A stretch of 64,000 bases of DNA. It comes from the human T2T-CHM13v2.0 reference genome, Homo sapiens. Shown piece by piece: positions 11,124-29,022 of this stretch; positions within the stretch are counted from its first letter, which is position 1, and every line of letters starts with the position of its first letter. The translations under genes and the position numbers were made by a program. The DNA lies in NCBI RefSeq assembly GCF_009914755.1, contig NC_060928.1. The stretch is one strand, 5' to 3'. The notes under the pieces were generated by a model that worked only from the letters and a program-made list of their open reading frames with translations, did not search any database and was not told where the DNA came from.

Positions 11124-14100
11124 ACAGTACTGATAATGCCAAAAGATAAATTCAAAAGCAAAAATCCACAAACTTCTATAATAGAACTATGATTCGACTG
11201 AAAGCAACAGAAACCTTATAAATAATTTAAAACAGTTGAGCATGTTTCCTGAGAAAGCAATGTTTCTCTTAAAATGGGTCTTCCCTATTCAATTAGATCA
11301 ATAAGGAAAGGGTTGAGAAATAAGTTACAAAACATAATATCAAAAGCAAAATGTGTTCACCTAAAGAGTATTATTTGTAAAATGCTTCGTGTTTTCTCCC
11401 TTTATGCTGACATGTAATGCTGACTCATAAGGGACCTTGCTATTTACACAAGCAGCTTTCCTATGTAAATGAATGCAAGTGACCTACTTAGTGAATACCA
11501 CCAAATAAAGCAATGATTCCAGAAATCAACCCATAAGTAAATGTTGAATAAATCACTTTCACTGAGGTTTACAGACTCTTCTCTTGGGCCCACAAGACCT
11601 GGAACACAGTAGGTGCTTAATAAATATCTGTTGAATGAACGTGGTCTTGTCCTATCAAATTTTCTGATGGGGAAAATAATCAGGCATCTGTGTACAGTAA
11701 ACAGGCAGCAAACACTAACAGAAAGTTGTACTTTCCCCGTAATACATTAATAACTAAAGAGTCAAATATTCAGAAAAATATTATGATACATTTTCTTCCC
11801 CCAGAAAGACATTGATTATTTCTATACTTCAGTGAAACAATTTTGTGGAAACTTTAACTATTGGACATTTCAGGAAGAAAGTACTTTTGGCCATAAATTA
11901 TATATTGCTTTATTTCTCCTCTGGAAATTACAAGGGCATGGAATTAAATTACTTAAGAGTCACAATCACTGTTTCTGTTTATGCACATATAAGCAAAGAC
12001 TAAAGAAAAATAAAGTTCTACCAAGTTAATGTAGGTGATAGTAATCTGAAAAAGTATATACTTTTTTTCTAATTTATAAAGGTAATAAGTGACAATAATC
12101 ACATTATGATTTATAGAGTGATTCCTATGGGTAGACATAATGCCAAAAAGCTTTACCATTTAATCCTCATGGTGCAGGTAAAGTATTATCTTTATTTCAT
12201 AAATAAACAGGCTTAGAGGTAAAGTAGCCCTAGATTTTCCTGTTCTTGTGGTAAACTTTCAGAAGAAAAAGGGGTACTTGAAGTGTTATCTTATAAGCTG
12301 TAAAAATTCCTTAAGCTGTCCTGTTGAATTACATAATCATTGCATAATGTGTAGAACATTGTGTAACTGTGAAAAGATGAAGAAGAATTTCCCATCTTCA
12401 TGTTTCTACTGTCATATTTTCTGAGCCTGGGAAGCTTTCATCCAAACCCTCTTTGCTTCTTTGAGAACAGAAATTAATTATACATATACCATGGAAGACA
12501 TTTCCTTAAAATTACCATTATTTATCTTACCCATTCAACATAATTGAGATTCTGATTATGGTTGTATTAACTGTATTACTTGCAATCATAAACCAAGTTA
12601 AATGAATATCTTCATACAATCCTATCATTCTAGCCATAAAGGGAAAAGTAATGCCTCAAGAACCAAGAAAAGAACAAAAAATCTTCCCTATGTATTTTTT
12701 CTCCAATTTCCTAACTTCTAAAATGAGAATTAATCCTAATGCACTGCTCACTTCCCAGCAAGGGCCATTCACTTTTCCACAAGAGCTCTCTTTACAAAGC
12801 AATTCAACAGCTAAGGCAATGAAGTCAGTCAGTACAGAATCATAGAACTTGATAATTGCAAGCAAGGAACCTTAGAGGTGGAGCCCAATTTCCTCCTTCG
12901 ACAGAAAAGAGAATAGGGAACCGATGACAATAGTCACTCACAGTCACACAGCTTCATGCTACACTGGTCAAGACTATCCAACATTGTCATGGCTGTGGTC
13001 AAGCAGGTAGGTAAACACAAAATAATTGTATAAGCTATATCAGGGTCACAGGTAGTTAATGGGAATCGGTTTGAGTGCTGTGATCAAAGTAAGTTTTTCA
13101 TTGCATGCACAGAAATCTTTTACTGTAGTGAAATTCAAATCCTTGGGGTTAGTTTGGAATTAAACCTAAGCATCTGCTATAAGTGGAAGTTGCCTAAGCA
13201 TTAATAATTACCTCTTTAACTGAGTTGTCATTTATGGTTGAATGTACTATTTGTTTTCCATATTGCTTAGAAGAAGGTAAGATTTTCTTTAATGAACAGG
13301 ACAATTTAAATGAATTAAAATTGCCTTTCCTTTCTGGCATCTCTCCGGTAAAGTTCAATTATATTCAAGATGAATAATGGTTTGCCACTAGCCCACTTAG
13401 TTTTTAATGTGGATAGATTGCTTTCCTAATGGTTCTGTGGTAATACTTTGTATACTGGCAGGCCTCCATACTTGGGTATAATGGTAACACTATACTGTTT
13501 TATTATTAGATAATCAGTCATTTTGAGATAGCATGGACTCTTCTTGTTTAATAAATTTTAAATGTGCATCATATAGCACAACCCATAATTATAGGTACTT
13601 AATAAGTACTTTTCAGTGTGGTGATTCAGGAGTTATGATTACCAGGTGACCAACCAAATAAAGACAACCCAAATGAAATACTGATGTGCTTTAATTCTGT
13701 CAAGCTTATATTTATCCTTTTTACCCTTCTATTTCTGTCATCAAGATGAACAATGGAAATTATTCCATAATTAATAAAAATGAATAGTGGATCTATCCTT
13801 AGAAATCTGAATTTCTCTATCATACTATCTTGTTCCAAAGCATTCCTAGGACATGCTTTTTTGATTCTTACCAGAGTAGCTGAGCAAGTTCTCACTTATG
13901 ATTGGTATTTCTTGCTTTACCCATTAACATTTCTGAAAAAGTATGCATAAATTGAAATACATGTTTTTTTAAACTCGTGGGATTTCACTGAAACCAGTGC
14001 TTAGCTTGAGTCTCGTTAGCATTCACGTCAAGATTTCTATACCCCAAGAGTCAAACTAGTTTATTTGCTAATGAAGAAATGTTTATGTGGGTAGTATTTC

Positions 14101-14622
14101 AACATAGGATAATTGCTAATGAATAGCTTGGGAAGCTGGCCTGAGCTCCCTCCTGGCTCTTTCATGTCGTATCTACATGGCCTTCATTATGGCTACTGTA
14201 CACATGTGAGGTACAAGGAGATGGGAAAGTAAAAAGCAGTGAGGGGAAAAAATGAAAAGGGCACCGCCCAGTTCAGCTGATACCTATCTACCTAGTGCAG
14301 AGAAAGTTTTCATGTTCTAAGGTGAAGAGTCTGACGCTGAGACAGAATGCCAACTGGTGCACCCCCCTCCTCTTTTAAGAGTCCTCTTGCAGTTCAGTTG
14401 CTGACTCAAGTCAGGAAACAACTTATGGTTCTGAAAGTGATTTTAGGGATACAAATAAAGTAGGGACCCAGAGACTAGAGGAAATAACACTACTTTTTGC
14501 CAATATGACATTTAATGTATGTCTATGGTGGTTATAATTTGATAAGAAAATAAGATTTTCTTGAGAGGGATCCTGAGGTTTCTTGAAGTCCTATCCAGGG
14601 CTTAATTCTGCCACATTCTTAA

Positions 14623-14981
<359 letters not shown>

Positions 14982-16872
14982 AGGAGGTTTTATTCGTAAG
15001 TAAATTAACCATATGCCCAGAAATTCTGACAAACAATTTTGTGAATAATCATGAAAATATGCCCGTAATTGATACAAATGAAAAGTGGCTTTACAATTGC
15101 AAGACAAAGCCATAACTAAGGTAAAGGTTCCTTATTCTTATTCCAAGCTGTTGTGTATGACCAAGGATACCAACTAAAGTGTGATTTCCAAGCTTCTTTG
15201 AGTTGTAAGCACTTTACCTTTTTGCTTCCCCCTCCAGATACTAATTTAGAGATCACAGGTTCTCCTCATCTATTTTTTTAAAAAAGGTGTGAGAACTAGT
15301 TTTTAGTTTTTCTATCCTTGAAGTAGGCCATAAGCAAAGTAGAGTTACATTTAGTCCATGAGATTCAATAACATGGCTGCACATCCCTTTCCAGGAAAGT
15401 ATACCCCTCTTAGAAGCAGATTGGACACAGAAATTCCTTGTATACATCTGTAAACTTATCTTTTTCCCCCCTTGTCACCTTTTAAAAAATCTTGGTGCAT
15501 TCCGTTTTTGTATTACAACTGGACATAAGATTTTGGGGGAGAAAATACTCTCAAAATGTTAAAACGAAAAAACTGCACATCTAAAAAGACTCTTTAATAC
15601 TTAAATCGGCAGGTTATCGATTCCCTTTGTTTCCTTAGAATTCCTTTTTTTTTTTTTCAGTAGCTGATGAAAATGTTGACATCCACCCATCCATTCAAAA
15701 TTCAATAAACCTTTCAGTTTTTTTTTTCTTCTATTAGGTTTAAGCCATGGCCAAGAAATTTAATAAACTCATTGTATTCCTTTGCAGTATGGTTAGTAAG
15801 ACATTGAATGAAAAAAGGATCCTTATGTGAGAGTAAATTCTGCCTCTGCTAATCTAGCTAGAAAGAAAAATTTACATGGTAACACATGGTTATATAGGGG
15901 GTCAGTAGCAAATGTGTGTTACAGATAATGTTTTATAAAGAGCTAAGGAAGGAGACTATTGTCATGAGAAAATGCTGTGGAAGATTTAAGAGTGGACCCT
16001 GAAGGTTTTGGATGGATGGGCAAAGGGCAAGTAGCAATAGGCAATGGAGTTAGGTGTGAGCTAAACCGGGAGTCTGTCATACCAGATGCTGTGGGTTGGG
16101 TATGGTAGAAAGCCTGTTTGGAGATGCGGGCTAAAGTTGGGTTGTGTGACATTCTGAAAACTGCAGCAGAGTTCAGGCTGTATCTGCACCTCAAGTTTGC
16201 AGTAAGTTGTGAGGCATGTGCCCAGTAATTTGTTACTACTAATTAAAGTACAGGACTGAAATGTATGGCTTAATTTTCTTTTCTTCTTTTTCTTCTTAAA
16301 TAAACAATAGGCTAAATCACACATACCCCATCATGTCCCATGGGTGAGAGATGGGGAAGTAATAACTTGTGCCCCCAGAAAAATGGATAGAGAACTGCTG
16401 GATGAAGTCATGAAGGGTACTGAAAGTCTTTGAGCTGGGAAGGAAGACAGAATTTAAAAAGATGTTCACAGAGAAACTTGGTATGCATTATTTCTATCCC
16501 TGAGGGCAGATGTGGCAAAAGTTGAATTCCTGATCTCTCGATCAATGCACTGAAGTGTGTGTGTGAACTGCGGCTCTTCACAGGAATCATCAGATGGGAT
16601 CACCTTTAGGAATGAATATTCTCCTGTTCATAGTAAAAGATAGCAAACCGCTAGGCTAATCACAGCATTATTTCAGTAGAGTCGATGTTTGCAGCTCAGA
16701 GAATTGTCAGTTTCAATCCTAAAGCGTTGCATCTTAGAGAGGTACAAGAATACTTTTTGTTTCAGTAGATATGGCTTAATAAAACTGATCAGAAAAAATC
16801 AGTTTTGAAGTTAGAACCAAAGACTGTAGACTGTCCTTGCTGCTCTAGTTAGCAAAATCAAACAAAGAATTA

Positions 16873-17206
<334 letters not shown>

Positions 17207-17231
17207 TTATGTCCTTAGAGTAAAGCTTGCC

Positions 17232-17890
<659 letters not shown>

Positions 17891-18256
17891 AGTCATTGGT
17901 CTTATTTAGACAAATCTCCCATGCCCATCTGAAAACAAACTAAAAATGATCTCTATGATGAAAAAATAATTTCTAGTTTCTGTTTTGTTTGAGAGTATTG
18001 ATTGTTGCAGGTGAGAATTTCCAGGTAACGATCTAGTGATAGTAAAACAAAACTCTTGTGGCCATTTAAAACAGTAATTTCTGAATAAGAGAGGCAGCAT
18101 GTAGAAATAGAATTCAGAAGGTGGTTCCAGCAGCAATTCAATTTCATTGCACTAATTTTCTTGAAGAAATACTCTTCATTCTACGAGAAAGGTAGCATAT
18201 TAATTTCCAATGAGGCAATGCTCACTTGTTAAATTATTTCAAAATATAATAATGAT

Positions 18257-18389
18257 GAGCCAGGCATGATGGCATGCACCTGTAGTCCCAGCTACTCAGG
18301 AGGCTGAGGTGGGAGAAGCCCTTGAGCTCGAGACATCGAATCCAGCCTGAGCAACATAACAAGACTCCATCCCTTGAAAACGAAAAAAA
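18257..18389 (+). mobile_element. FLAM monomer
   Basis: Single Alu-monomer-like unit with A tail. Confidence 0.85.
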
Positions 18390-19750
18390 GTGTAACAATA
18401 ATGGTAATATAAAAACTGTACTATAATTCTGAAATGCCTCCTATTAAATAAGAGTAGTTGAGTGACTCTCCTGTCACCAAGCTAAACTTTATCTCCTATA
18501 GCCTTAAAAATCTATTCTATAATATAAATGAAGCATTAGTCATCTATTTTCCTAAATATAAAATTTTATTGGGCTTGAAGTTACACAAATACAATTATGG
18601 GCTATGTCAGTCAAAGCTGTAGGCATTTTTTTTTCTTTTTTTTAGATCTTCTTTTCCAGTCCAGTGGCCTAATGACCCTAGACATATAGAATCTCAAGAT
18701 TGGAACAGACCTTAGACATCTAGTCTAAACTTTTCAGCTTAGGAATTCCTGGCTAAAAACTTCCTGGCTGATGGTCCTCTAATTTCTACTAAATGTAGAA
18801 ATAATGACTGGAACTTGGAGGTCATTAGTTCCTGATCATATGGTACAGCTGGGCTTCTTTAAAAACTGACCCAAATGCTGAAGCCACTCATCCTTCCCCT
18901 ATGGATGACCAACACCCTTTCAAACTAACAGGCTACACTTAGAGTTGAATATAAAAACCTGTTTCCTGATTGTCTTTATCCTAAAGAAGCCTAGGACGTC
19001 TTATAACTAATAGACCTATCAGAGCTGGAGGCTAAAACTAGAAGTGAAAAAACACTGTCAAAAGGAGACAATTATTCACAATGCATTGAAAACCGGATTT
19101 CAGGTTTATAAGATTAAGTCCAATTCAAACTGAAAATTTTCCTAGATTTAAATCAAAACCAAGAAAAATAACAGCTTGCACAATTATATAAACAAGCATA
19201 AACATATCCATGTTTATGAGCACTTTCTCTGTACTCAAGGACTGACATTTATATCAAAGGAGAATCCATTTCTGTTGTAGGTTACCACTACCTTAATATT
19301 TATATAGGGTTTTCATTTCCCCAAATCACCTCATAGACAGCTGAAAATTCCAAAAGCTAGAAAATAAAATGAAGGGGAAAACATGGCATGTTTTCACGTT
19401 AACTATTGGATAAATAAATATACTCCTGTCACTAATGATTCCCTCAATATAAATTTTGAAAAGAAACTGGGGAAGCAATGAGAAAATATACCCCAAATAC
19501 TATTTCTGGATTAGAGAAAATATCTCAGCAGTGATGATGATCTCATGGTTAGTTTATAAATTGATTTTGTCAGCAAAATCAAATGTACATAAGAAATTAA
19601 GCTTGAGAAAAAACTGGCAGTAATCAGAAGAAATATATTTTTAGTAATGAGTGAAAATGACTTAAACATTGTTTTTACTTATGAGATTATCACCCGATTA
19701 CCCAAGAAAGAACTCTGAATTTCATCTTGTTCTTAAAAATAATAATATAG

Positions 19751-19878
19751 GGCCAAGCATGATGGCTCATGCCTGTAATCCCAGCATTTCGGGAGGCCAA
19801 GGTGGGAAGACGGCTTAAGGCCAGGAATTCAAGGCCAGCCTGGGTAATATGGTGAGAACCTGTCTCTACAAAAAAAAA
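19751..19878 (+). mobile_element. FLAM_C / Alu left monomer
   Basis: ggccaagcatgatggctcatgcctgtaatccc...ctctacaaaaaa; TSD-like aaataataatat. Confidence 0.88.
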
Positions 19879-20016
19879 CTTCCAGAAATAATAATAATAT
19901 GGCAACATTTTGATTGGGGCTTTCATACTGCTCCTTCAAAATCTGAACTCTCATTCAGTGACATAAGAGGATAAAGTTTGCAGACAATAGCTTTGAGAAC
20001 TCCGATAATGGGGACA

Positions 20017-20545
20017 GCTACAACAAATTCTCACAAACTGAATGGCTTCTAACAAAACAAATGTATTATCTTACAGTTCTGGAAGTTAGAATCTGAAATG
20101 AGTCTTACGGGGCTAAAATCAAAGAGTCACCAGGGTTGCATTTCTTCTGAAGGCTCTATGGCAGAATCCATTTCCTTGCCTTTTCCAACATCTAGAGTCC
20201 ACTTGACATTCCTTGGCTCATGGCTGCCTCCTTCTCCATCTTCAAAATGCATCACACCAAGCTGTTTCCATGGTCACGTCACCTTATCTGACTCTGATCC
20301 CCCCAACTCCCTGTTAAGAACCCTGTGAATATAATGGGCCCACCAGATAATCCAGGGCCACAGCCTAGAGGCTTCCATTTTAACAACCCATGTGATTAGA
20401 TGTCCCCTGCCCAAAGATATTCTGGAATAATCTCACCATCTCAAATTCCTCAACCTAATTGCATCCGCAACATGTCCTTTGCTATATAAAGTAACATATT
20501 CACAGAAGATGGGCACATTTTTGAGGGACTGTTATTCTGTTTACC
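20017..20545 (-). mobile_element. MLT1 (MLT1C-like) LTR
   Basis: cacaaactgaatggctt...tattatcttacagttctggaag...gcagaatccatttccttgccttttcca..., typical of MLT1. Confidence 0.8.
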
Positions 20546-21129
20546 ATGTGGATTAAACTAAATCGTAAGATCTAAAGCCATTCTTCTACTAAAACACATA
20601 GGAGACCCCTACAGATGCACATGTTTCATGTCTATTCCTGGTTTGCCATCCCCAAAGCCAGGTTCTTCCCCTCTACTCAAGAAAGCATTTTAGAATCCAA
20701 AGGGCGAGAGCAACACTCTTATGGAGATTGTCTTTAAGCAACTCATTAACATGTGACTCACAAATATCAGCATCTGAACTCTTAGTAGCACATGACTTAC
20801 TGTATCCTTTACAATGAACCAGGTACCTATGTTCAGAATTTCTAGTATAATATACAATTTACTAAAATTACTAATATGTATTCGATTTATTCTGACTGTC
20901 CACAGTCCTAAATTGCCATCTCTCAACACTCCTTTGCAACAACAAAGGTTACTTGGTTTGTAACCATTCTCTTAATCCCAATCTTAAAATACGTACTACA
21001 GGCTACTTTAAGTATGTTTTCCTGTTTGTGGCAATGCAGTTGTTTTATCCTTCCTCTCTTTTTGGGCTTATGTCTATAAAGATAGGTTTCTATGCAGCAA
21101 TGGTCAAGTATCAGTCTTCCACCCAGATG

Positions 21130-21340
21130 GCCTGCTAGCAGCAGCATTTGACACAGATGGCAACTCCTTCTTTCCTGCAATGCTTCCTTCACTTCCTTCC
21201 TTTCTGTTTTCTCTTGCTTCTTCTCCAACTTCACCATCTGTTCTTTTTTCATTTTCCTTTGCTGCTTTCCCTTCATCTCCTCAATCCACAAACTGAGGAT
21301 CCCCAGAATTCAATCTGTGGACCTCTTCTCTTTTGGCCTC
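21130..21340 (+). mobile_element. L2 fragment
   Basis: cagcagcatttgacacag...ctccttctttcctg, pyrimidine-rich L2 ORF2 remnant. Confidence 0.6.
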
Positions 21341-21342
21341 CA

Positions 21343-21546
21343 CCATGGGTTCTCACAGAGGGTGATGATTTTGCCCTTCAGAGGATATTTTGAAATATCT
21401 TAAGACATTTTTGGTCTTTACAACTGGAAGGCAGTTGGCTACTGGCAGGTGGTGTGTAGAGGCCCTGGATGCCACAAGACAGCCCTCTGCAACCAAAAAT
21501 TATCCAGCCCCCAAAAATGCCAATAGTGCTAAGGTTGAGGATCCTG
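21343..21546. mobile_element. MER20 (hAT-Charlie)
   Basis: gggtgatgattttgcccttcagagga...aattatccagcccccaaaaatgccaatagtgctaaggttgag. Confidence 0.85.
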
Positions 21547-21943
21547 AACAAGAGAAATATGGAGACAGAAATTAAGAAAAGAGAAATTGGAAAACTCAAG
21601 AGGGTGTAGGCAAAACTGCTTCAAAAGTACGTTCACTGATTGGGGTGATACCACTTATGCCTCAGACACACTCAGGCTGAATTGCTTCAAATTGATTTCA
21701 AGCACAGAGTAAATAAAGCAAGCTTCTTGTTTCAAGTGAGCAGTTCGATTTAAAAGGGAAAACAAAATAACAACCAGTGAGTCAGTATATTACTCTCTTC
21801 ACTGTTCTAGAATTAGGTTCACTTCTGACTACGATGGGCCATGTCCAGCTGCATCCTGAAGGCTGGTAGATTGAATTCTTACAATTATTCATCTGCTTCA
21901 GTGCCTCTCCTGAATGAAGGTCATCTAGAACTGCATTTAAAAT

Positions 21944-22581
<638 letters not shown>

Positions 22582-22744
22582 TAGAACCAGACTTCATGGT
22601 AACTGCCAAGACACCACCCCCCTAACTCCACACAGAATTCAAATTCTTCTTGAAGTAGAATTTTAGTTACTGCAGTCATCTCTTTATTAACCACTTTTAT
22701 AGATAATTCCATGATAACCAATATTAACTTCACCCAGTATGGGA

Positions 22745-23391
<647 letters not shown>

Positions 23392-23423
23392 AAAAATTGA
23401 GAGTAGCAATAGCTCTATTTTCA

Positions 23424-23684
<261 letters not shown>

Positions 23685-24941
23685 CTAAATCTTCTAACAA
23701 AATATTAATCATCTTTATTAGCTACTCACAGGCCTTTGCTCCCCTAATTAACATGTTGCAAGGCACTAATTCTCCTCTAAGGATTGTGCACAAAGCTAAA
23801 CCAGTTCAACAGGAAGCTGCGCTCCTGCTTGTGCCTGTCATCAGTTTCTACAGCGGGAAGCAGAGTAAAACTGGTCAGACAGTGTCCGGAGCTGGTTTAG
23901 GAGTCCTTTATCTCTATATAGCTTAGAAGACTTTTATCTATATATCTTTTTACATCATTTCCCACAGACTTTCACTTTCTTTTTTCTCTTTGCCCCTTCA
24001 CAGATTCAAAGCCAAAAAAAGAGAGAAAGAAAGACCTTTTGGGGAAAATCTTAATGAAAAAAAATCTCAAGATCCCTCAGAAAACAAGAAAATTAAGTCC
24101 ATAGCTCCCACTTCTTCATAAAGTGAAAGGGAACTTTATTCTTACAAGTTTCTCTTTACTGCCAGGTTGTGAGACACAAGAATAATTTCTCCTTTCTTTG
24201 CATGTCAGGTGAATTGCTGCATGTGACTATGGTATGGCTGGGATTGATCAAGCATGGATTCCCAGAAAAGAGATTCTCAAAATCACAATGCCTACAGCAT
24301 CCTTTTCTTCAGAGTTTCAAAAGGAAGGAAAAATGCTTAGGGAGAGAAGAGTGTGTATGTGACTCAACATTCCTTTGAAAGTCAGAAGGTTAATGTGTCT
24401 TCGCCTATTCCCAAAGCATGCCCTTTGAGAATGCATTATGGGGAAATGTGTTCTTCAGATTGCTTATGCTGGCATGCACACACCATGTGGATAGGTAGCA
24501 ATCGCTCTGGATAGTAAACCTGAGCCTTTGCTTTTCTTGTCTTTTTTCTACTTTGCTTGTTTGTCAAGACTGATTTACTAAGCACCAAGATTTGAGAGTA
24601 ACAATATTTAGCTATGTTTACACAGAAAGGTTTCCTACCAAAAAATAAAAAAGTAAAAAAAAAAAAAAGATTTGGCAAGTATTTACTCAAGATACTTCTT
24701 GAGTCTAAGGCCTTTTTTGATCAATTTGAGGAATTCTAGATGTCTGAGTGTGATAACAATAGTTAAAAAGTATTACTGAATATCCATGGGTTGCAGCTCT
24801 TCACATAGCTCTCCTATGGGAACTTGATGCACCATTATACACAAACAGTTGGGTCCTGACTTCAAACTACTACTATGCATTGTTCCAGGCCACGAAATTA
24901 AAATGTGTTTCAATTTGATCAAAATAGTAATTACTTTTTAA

Positions 24942-25391
<450 letters not shown>

Positions 25392-25396
25392 TAATG

Positions 25397-25776
25397 GGTG
25401 GATGTAAGCCAAGACTGGAAGGAAGTATGGGAATGAGCCATTCTGGGAGGAAATGCGTAAGGCAGGGAATAGCCAAGTCAAGAACTATCTTCAAAGGTAA
25501 AATTTACCAGATTCTACTGATTTTGTCTTTGGAAAATTCAACATATTGAGATGTCATTTGAGCATGTATCTATAAATGTGTATCTGGGCAATAATTCTCC
25601 TTTCAGTAACTTTTCAGGTAAATTCAGCTAAGTTTGCATAGTCATAAATATCATTCAGGAAAAAATGAGCATGAAAAGATCTAGACTATGGTAAAGAAGG
25701 TTTGTTTGTTTTTATCAATAACTAAAATCTTCTTTAAAAGGTAACTATAAATCTTAGTTACCAAGAAATCCCAGTT
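25397..25776 (+). repeat. 380-bp local duplication, derived copy
   Basis: Matches 27936-28315 with 6 substitutions counted by eye and no indels seen. Confidence 0.95.
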
Positions 25777-25784
25777 GGTTCTTA

Positions 25785-26048
<264 letters not shown>

Positions 26049-26162
26049 TCACTATTTCTGCCAGTTAAAAATATAAATCACTTACACTTGCAATTCACTT
26101 TGTCTCCAATAGAACATTCCTTTCTTTAGGTCACATTCATAAGGCTTAATTTTTGGACATAG

Positions 26163-26214
26163 AGAGAAATCTGTAAGAAAAGGTCTCCAGAGAAATCTGT
26201 AAGAAAAGGTCTCC
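26163..26214 (+). repeat. 26-bp perfect tandem duplication
   Basis: agagaaatctgtaagaaaaggtctcc x2. Confidence 0.95.
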
Positions 26215-26687
26215 AGACTTTCCAAAGTCACTACATGCTTGAAGCTGACTACTCCTTTTCCATCTAGTGTTTGCCTACTTTGCTATATACTGGCAGCCGT
26301 ATACCCTTGACTGCTTAATGGCAGAACATACTGTAAGAGCTTAGGCATACTACACAGTTGTTTTGTCTTTGTGTTTTCCCACTTAGACTGACTTATTCTG
26401 TATTTCCAGCTGTCCAAAAGGACAATGGCCCTTTGCTTCAAAATCCTTAAATCTGATATAGAAAAACTGTTGAGGACACAAGTGTGCAAGACTATATAAA
26501 AGGAAATGTAAACATTAAATTATATGAAGTCAAGATCTTTATGTAGCATATAATCTTCACTATTAGCCAACTATCTTGTTTATTTAAATATGAATGGCAT
26601 TAATATTATATGGTAGATTCTAGGCTCTACAGACTGTAGGAATTTTAACAGATTTGGCATCATCTCTAAGATGTCCAAAATGCTTTT

Positions 26688-26979
26688 CTTTTTTTGTGGT
26701 TTCTGTTTTGAAACACAGTCTGGCTGTGTTGTGCAGGCTGGAATGCAGTGGCACAATCTCAGCTCACTGCAACCTCTGCCTCCTGGTCTCAAGCCTTCCT
26801 CCCAAGTAGCTGGGACTACAGGTGCTTGTCACCACACCTGGCTAATTTTTGTGTGTTTTTGTAGAGATGAAGCTTCACCATGTTGCCCAGCCTGGTCTCA
26901 AACTCCTGAGCTCAAGCAATCCACCCACCTTGGCCTCCCAGAGTGCTGGGATTACAGGTGTGAGGCACTGCACCCGGCC
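26688..26979 (-). mobile_element. AluJ/S
   Basis: TSD ccaaaatgcttt. Confidence 0.92.
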
Positions 26980-27654
26980 CCAAAATGCTTTGACATGGTT
27001 CAAATGGTTTCACCTCTCCCTACTCCTCTGGAATCATGTCATAACTTTCCCCTGTGACACCCTGTGCTACAACTATACTGTCATTCTCCAAAGACATCAC
27101 GCCCCTTTGTCCCACTTTCCTTCGCACATGCTGTTCTCAGTACGTTGAATGCCCTTCCCATGCAACCTTGTCATTTTTTATGATCACTGTGAAGATACTC
27201 CCTGACTGCTTCTAGGTCAAGTTGCCTATCCCTTCCTTCATCACCACTGTGCTTTCTATATGTCTTTTTCTTACCTACTGTAGCACTTGTCTGTTTGTAT
27301 TTTACACACAAGCTAACATATCTGTCTTTCCTTTGAAATCCTGAAGGGTACAGATTGTATCTTACTCAACTTTGTATGCCCAGGACTTTATGTCTTTCCT
27401 CAACATATGAATTAATAAATGGTTTATTTGATTTTTTAAATCTTGTGTTTTGGACATACTTTTAACAGGGAAAATACATTATTGAAGACTAAATAGAATA
27501 ACTGATGCTCAAGTGATCTGTGAAACTCTGCTTCAAACTCACTTTATTTTAAATCTAAACAGTAAAAATTGTATTTTCTTATAGCTCTTTTCCCTTAGTA
27601 GCAGAAAGAATACTACAAATTAAGATAGGTAGTTTAAATCTTGAAATGATTTAA

Positions 27655-28020
27655 ATTATTCATTCAGCAAGTATTAATTGAGTGCCAACTGTGTGCTAAG
27701 CAGAGTTCTAGGCTCCGGGAATACATCAGTGAACCAAACAGACAAAAAACCCCGTCCTCGTGGATGGAGGTTACAAGCCTGGAGAAAGACAATAAATAAG
27801 AAAATAAGTAAATTATATAGTATGTTAGAAAATTACAAATATTATGGAAAGAAAAAAAGCAAGTTGGTGCAGGTGGAAAATGGGATGGAGAGTGAGGGAC
27901 AGAGCACAGTGTTAAACAGGGTGGCACACTGGGAAGGTGGATGTGAGCCAAGACTGGAAGGAAGTATGGGAATGAGCCATTCTGGGAGGAAATGTATAAG
28001 GCAGGGAATAGCCAAGGCAA
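27655..28020 (-). mobile_element. L2 3' fragment
   Basis: attcattcagcaagtattaattgagtgccaactgtgtgctaagca...gtgaaccaaacagacaaaaa, typical L2 3' end. Confidence 0.8.
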
Positions 28021-28315
28021 GAACTATCTTCAAAGGTAAAATTTACCAGATTCTACTGATTTTGTCTTTGGAAAATTCAACATATTGAGATGTCATTTGA
28101 GCATGTATCTATAAATGTGTATCTGGGCAATAATTCTCCTTTCAGTAACTTTTCAGGTAAATCCAGCTAAGTTTGCATAGTCATAAATATCATTCAGGAA
28201 AAAATGAGCATGAAAGGATCTAGACTATGGTAAAGAAGGTTTGTTTGTTTTTATCAATAACTAAAATCTTCTTTAAAAGGTAACTATAAATCTTAGTTAC
28301 CAAGAAATCCCAGTT
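27936..28315 (+). repeat. 380-bp local duplication, ancestral (donor) copy
   Basis: Continuous with the upstream L2 sequence; copy at 25397-25776. Confidence 0.95.
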
Positions 28316-28461
28316 TCTGCTACTGCCTCTTGTGAGTTAAATTAGACAGTCTGTAGACAGATTAGAAGGTACCACGGTAAAGTCTTGAATTAAAACAGGT
28401 TTAAAGTAGCTTGACTCTAGAGAAGAATTTATTTAATCTTTCTTCATAAAGAATGTGTTTA

Positions 28462-29022
28462 ACCAGAAATACCATTTGACCCAGCAATCCCACTACTGGG
28501 TATATACCCAAAGGATTACAAATTATTCTATTATAATGAATGTTTGCTTATTGCATACGTATGTTTACTGCAGCACTATTCACAATAGCAAAACATGAAA
28601 CCAACCCAAATGCCCACTAATGATGGACTGGACAAAGAAAATGTGGTATATATACACCATGGAACACTATGCAGCCATAAAAAGGAATGAGATCATGTCC
28701 TTTGCAGGGACATGGATGAAGTTGGAAGCCATCATCCTCAGCAAACTAACACAGGAACAGAAAACCAAACTCTGCATGTTCTTACTCATAAGTAGGAACT
28801 GAACAATGAGAACACATGCACACGAGGAAGGGAACAACACACACTGGGGCCTGTGGTACAGGGAGTTAGGGGAGGGAGACCATCAGGACAAATAGCTAAT
28901 GCACGTGGGGCTTAATACCTAGGTGATGGGTTGAAAGGTGCAGCAAACCACCATGGCACATGTTTACCTATGTAACAAACCTGTACATTCTGCACATGTA
29001 TCCTGGAACTTAAAAAAAAAAA
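28462..29022 (+). mobile_element. L1PA (older, about PA8-13) 3' end, 5' truncated
   Basis: ORF2 tail (MSFAGTWMKLEAIILSKLTQEQKTK), 3'UTR, poly(A), 14-bp TSD aaagaatgtgttta (28448-28461 and 29023-29036). Confidence 0.95.

Noticed and set aside
20923-21291. K/E-rich 122-aa ORF
   Set aside because: Low complexity, derived from the purine-rich strand of an L2 fragment.
28620-28802. L1 ORF2 C-terminal ORF
   Set aside because: Part of a 560-bp truncated L1PA; not autonomous.
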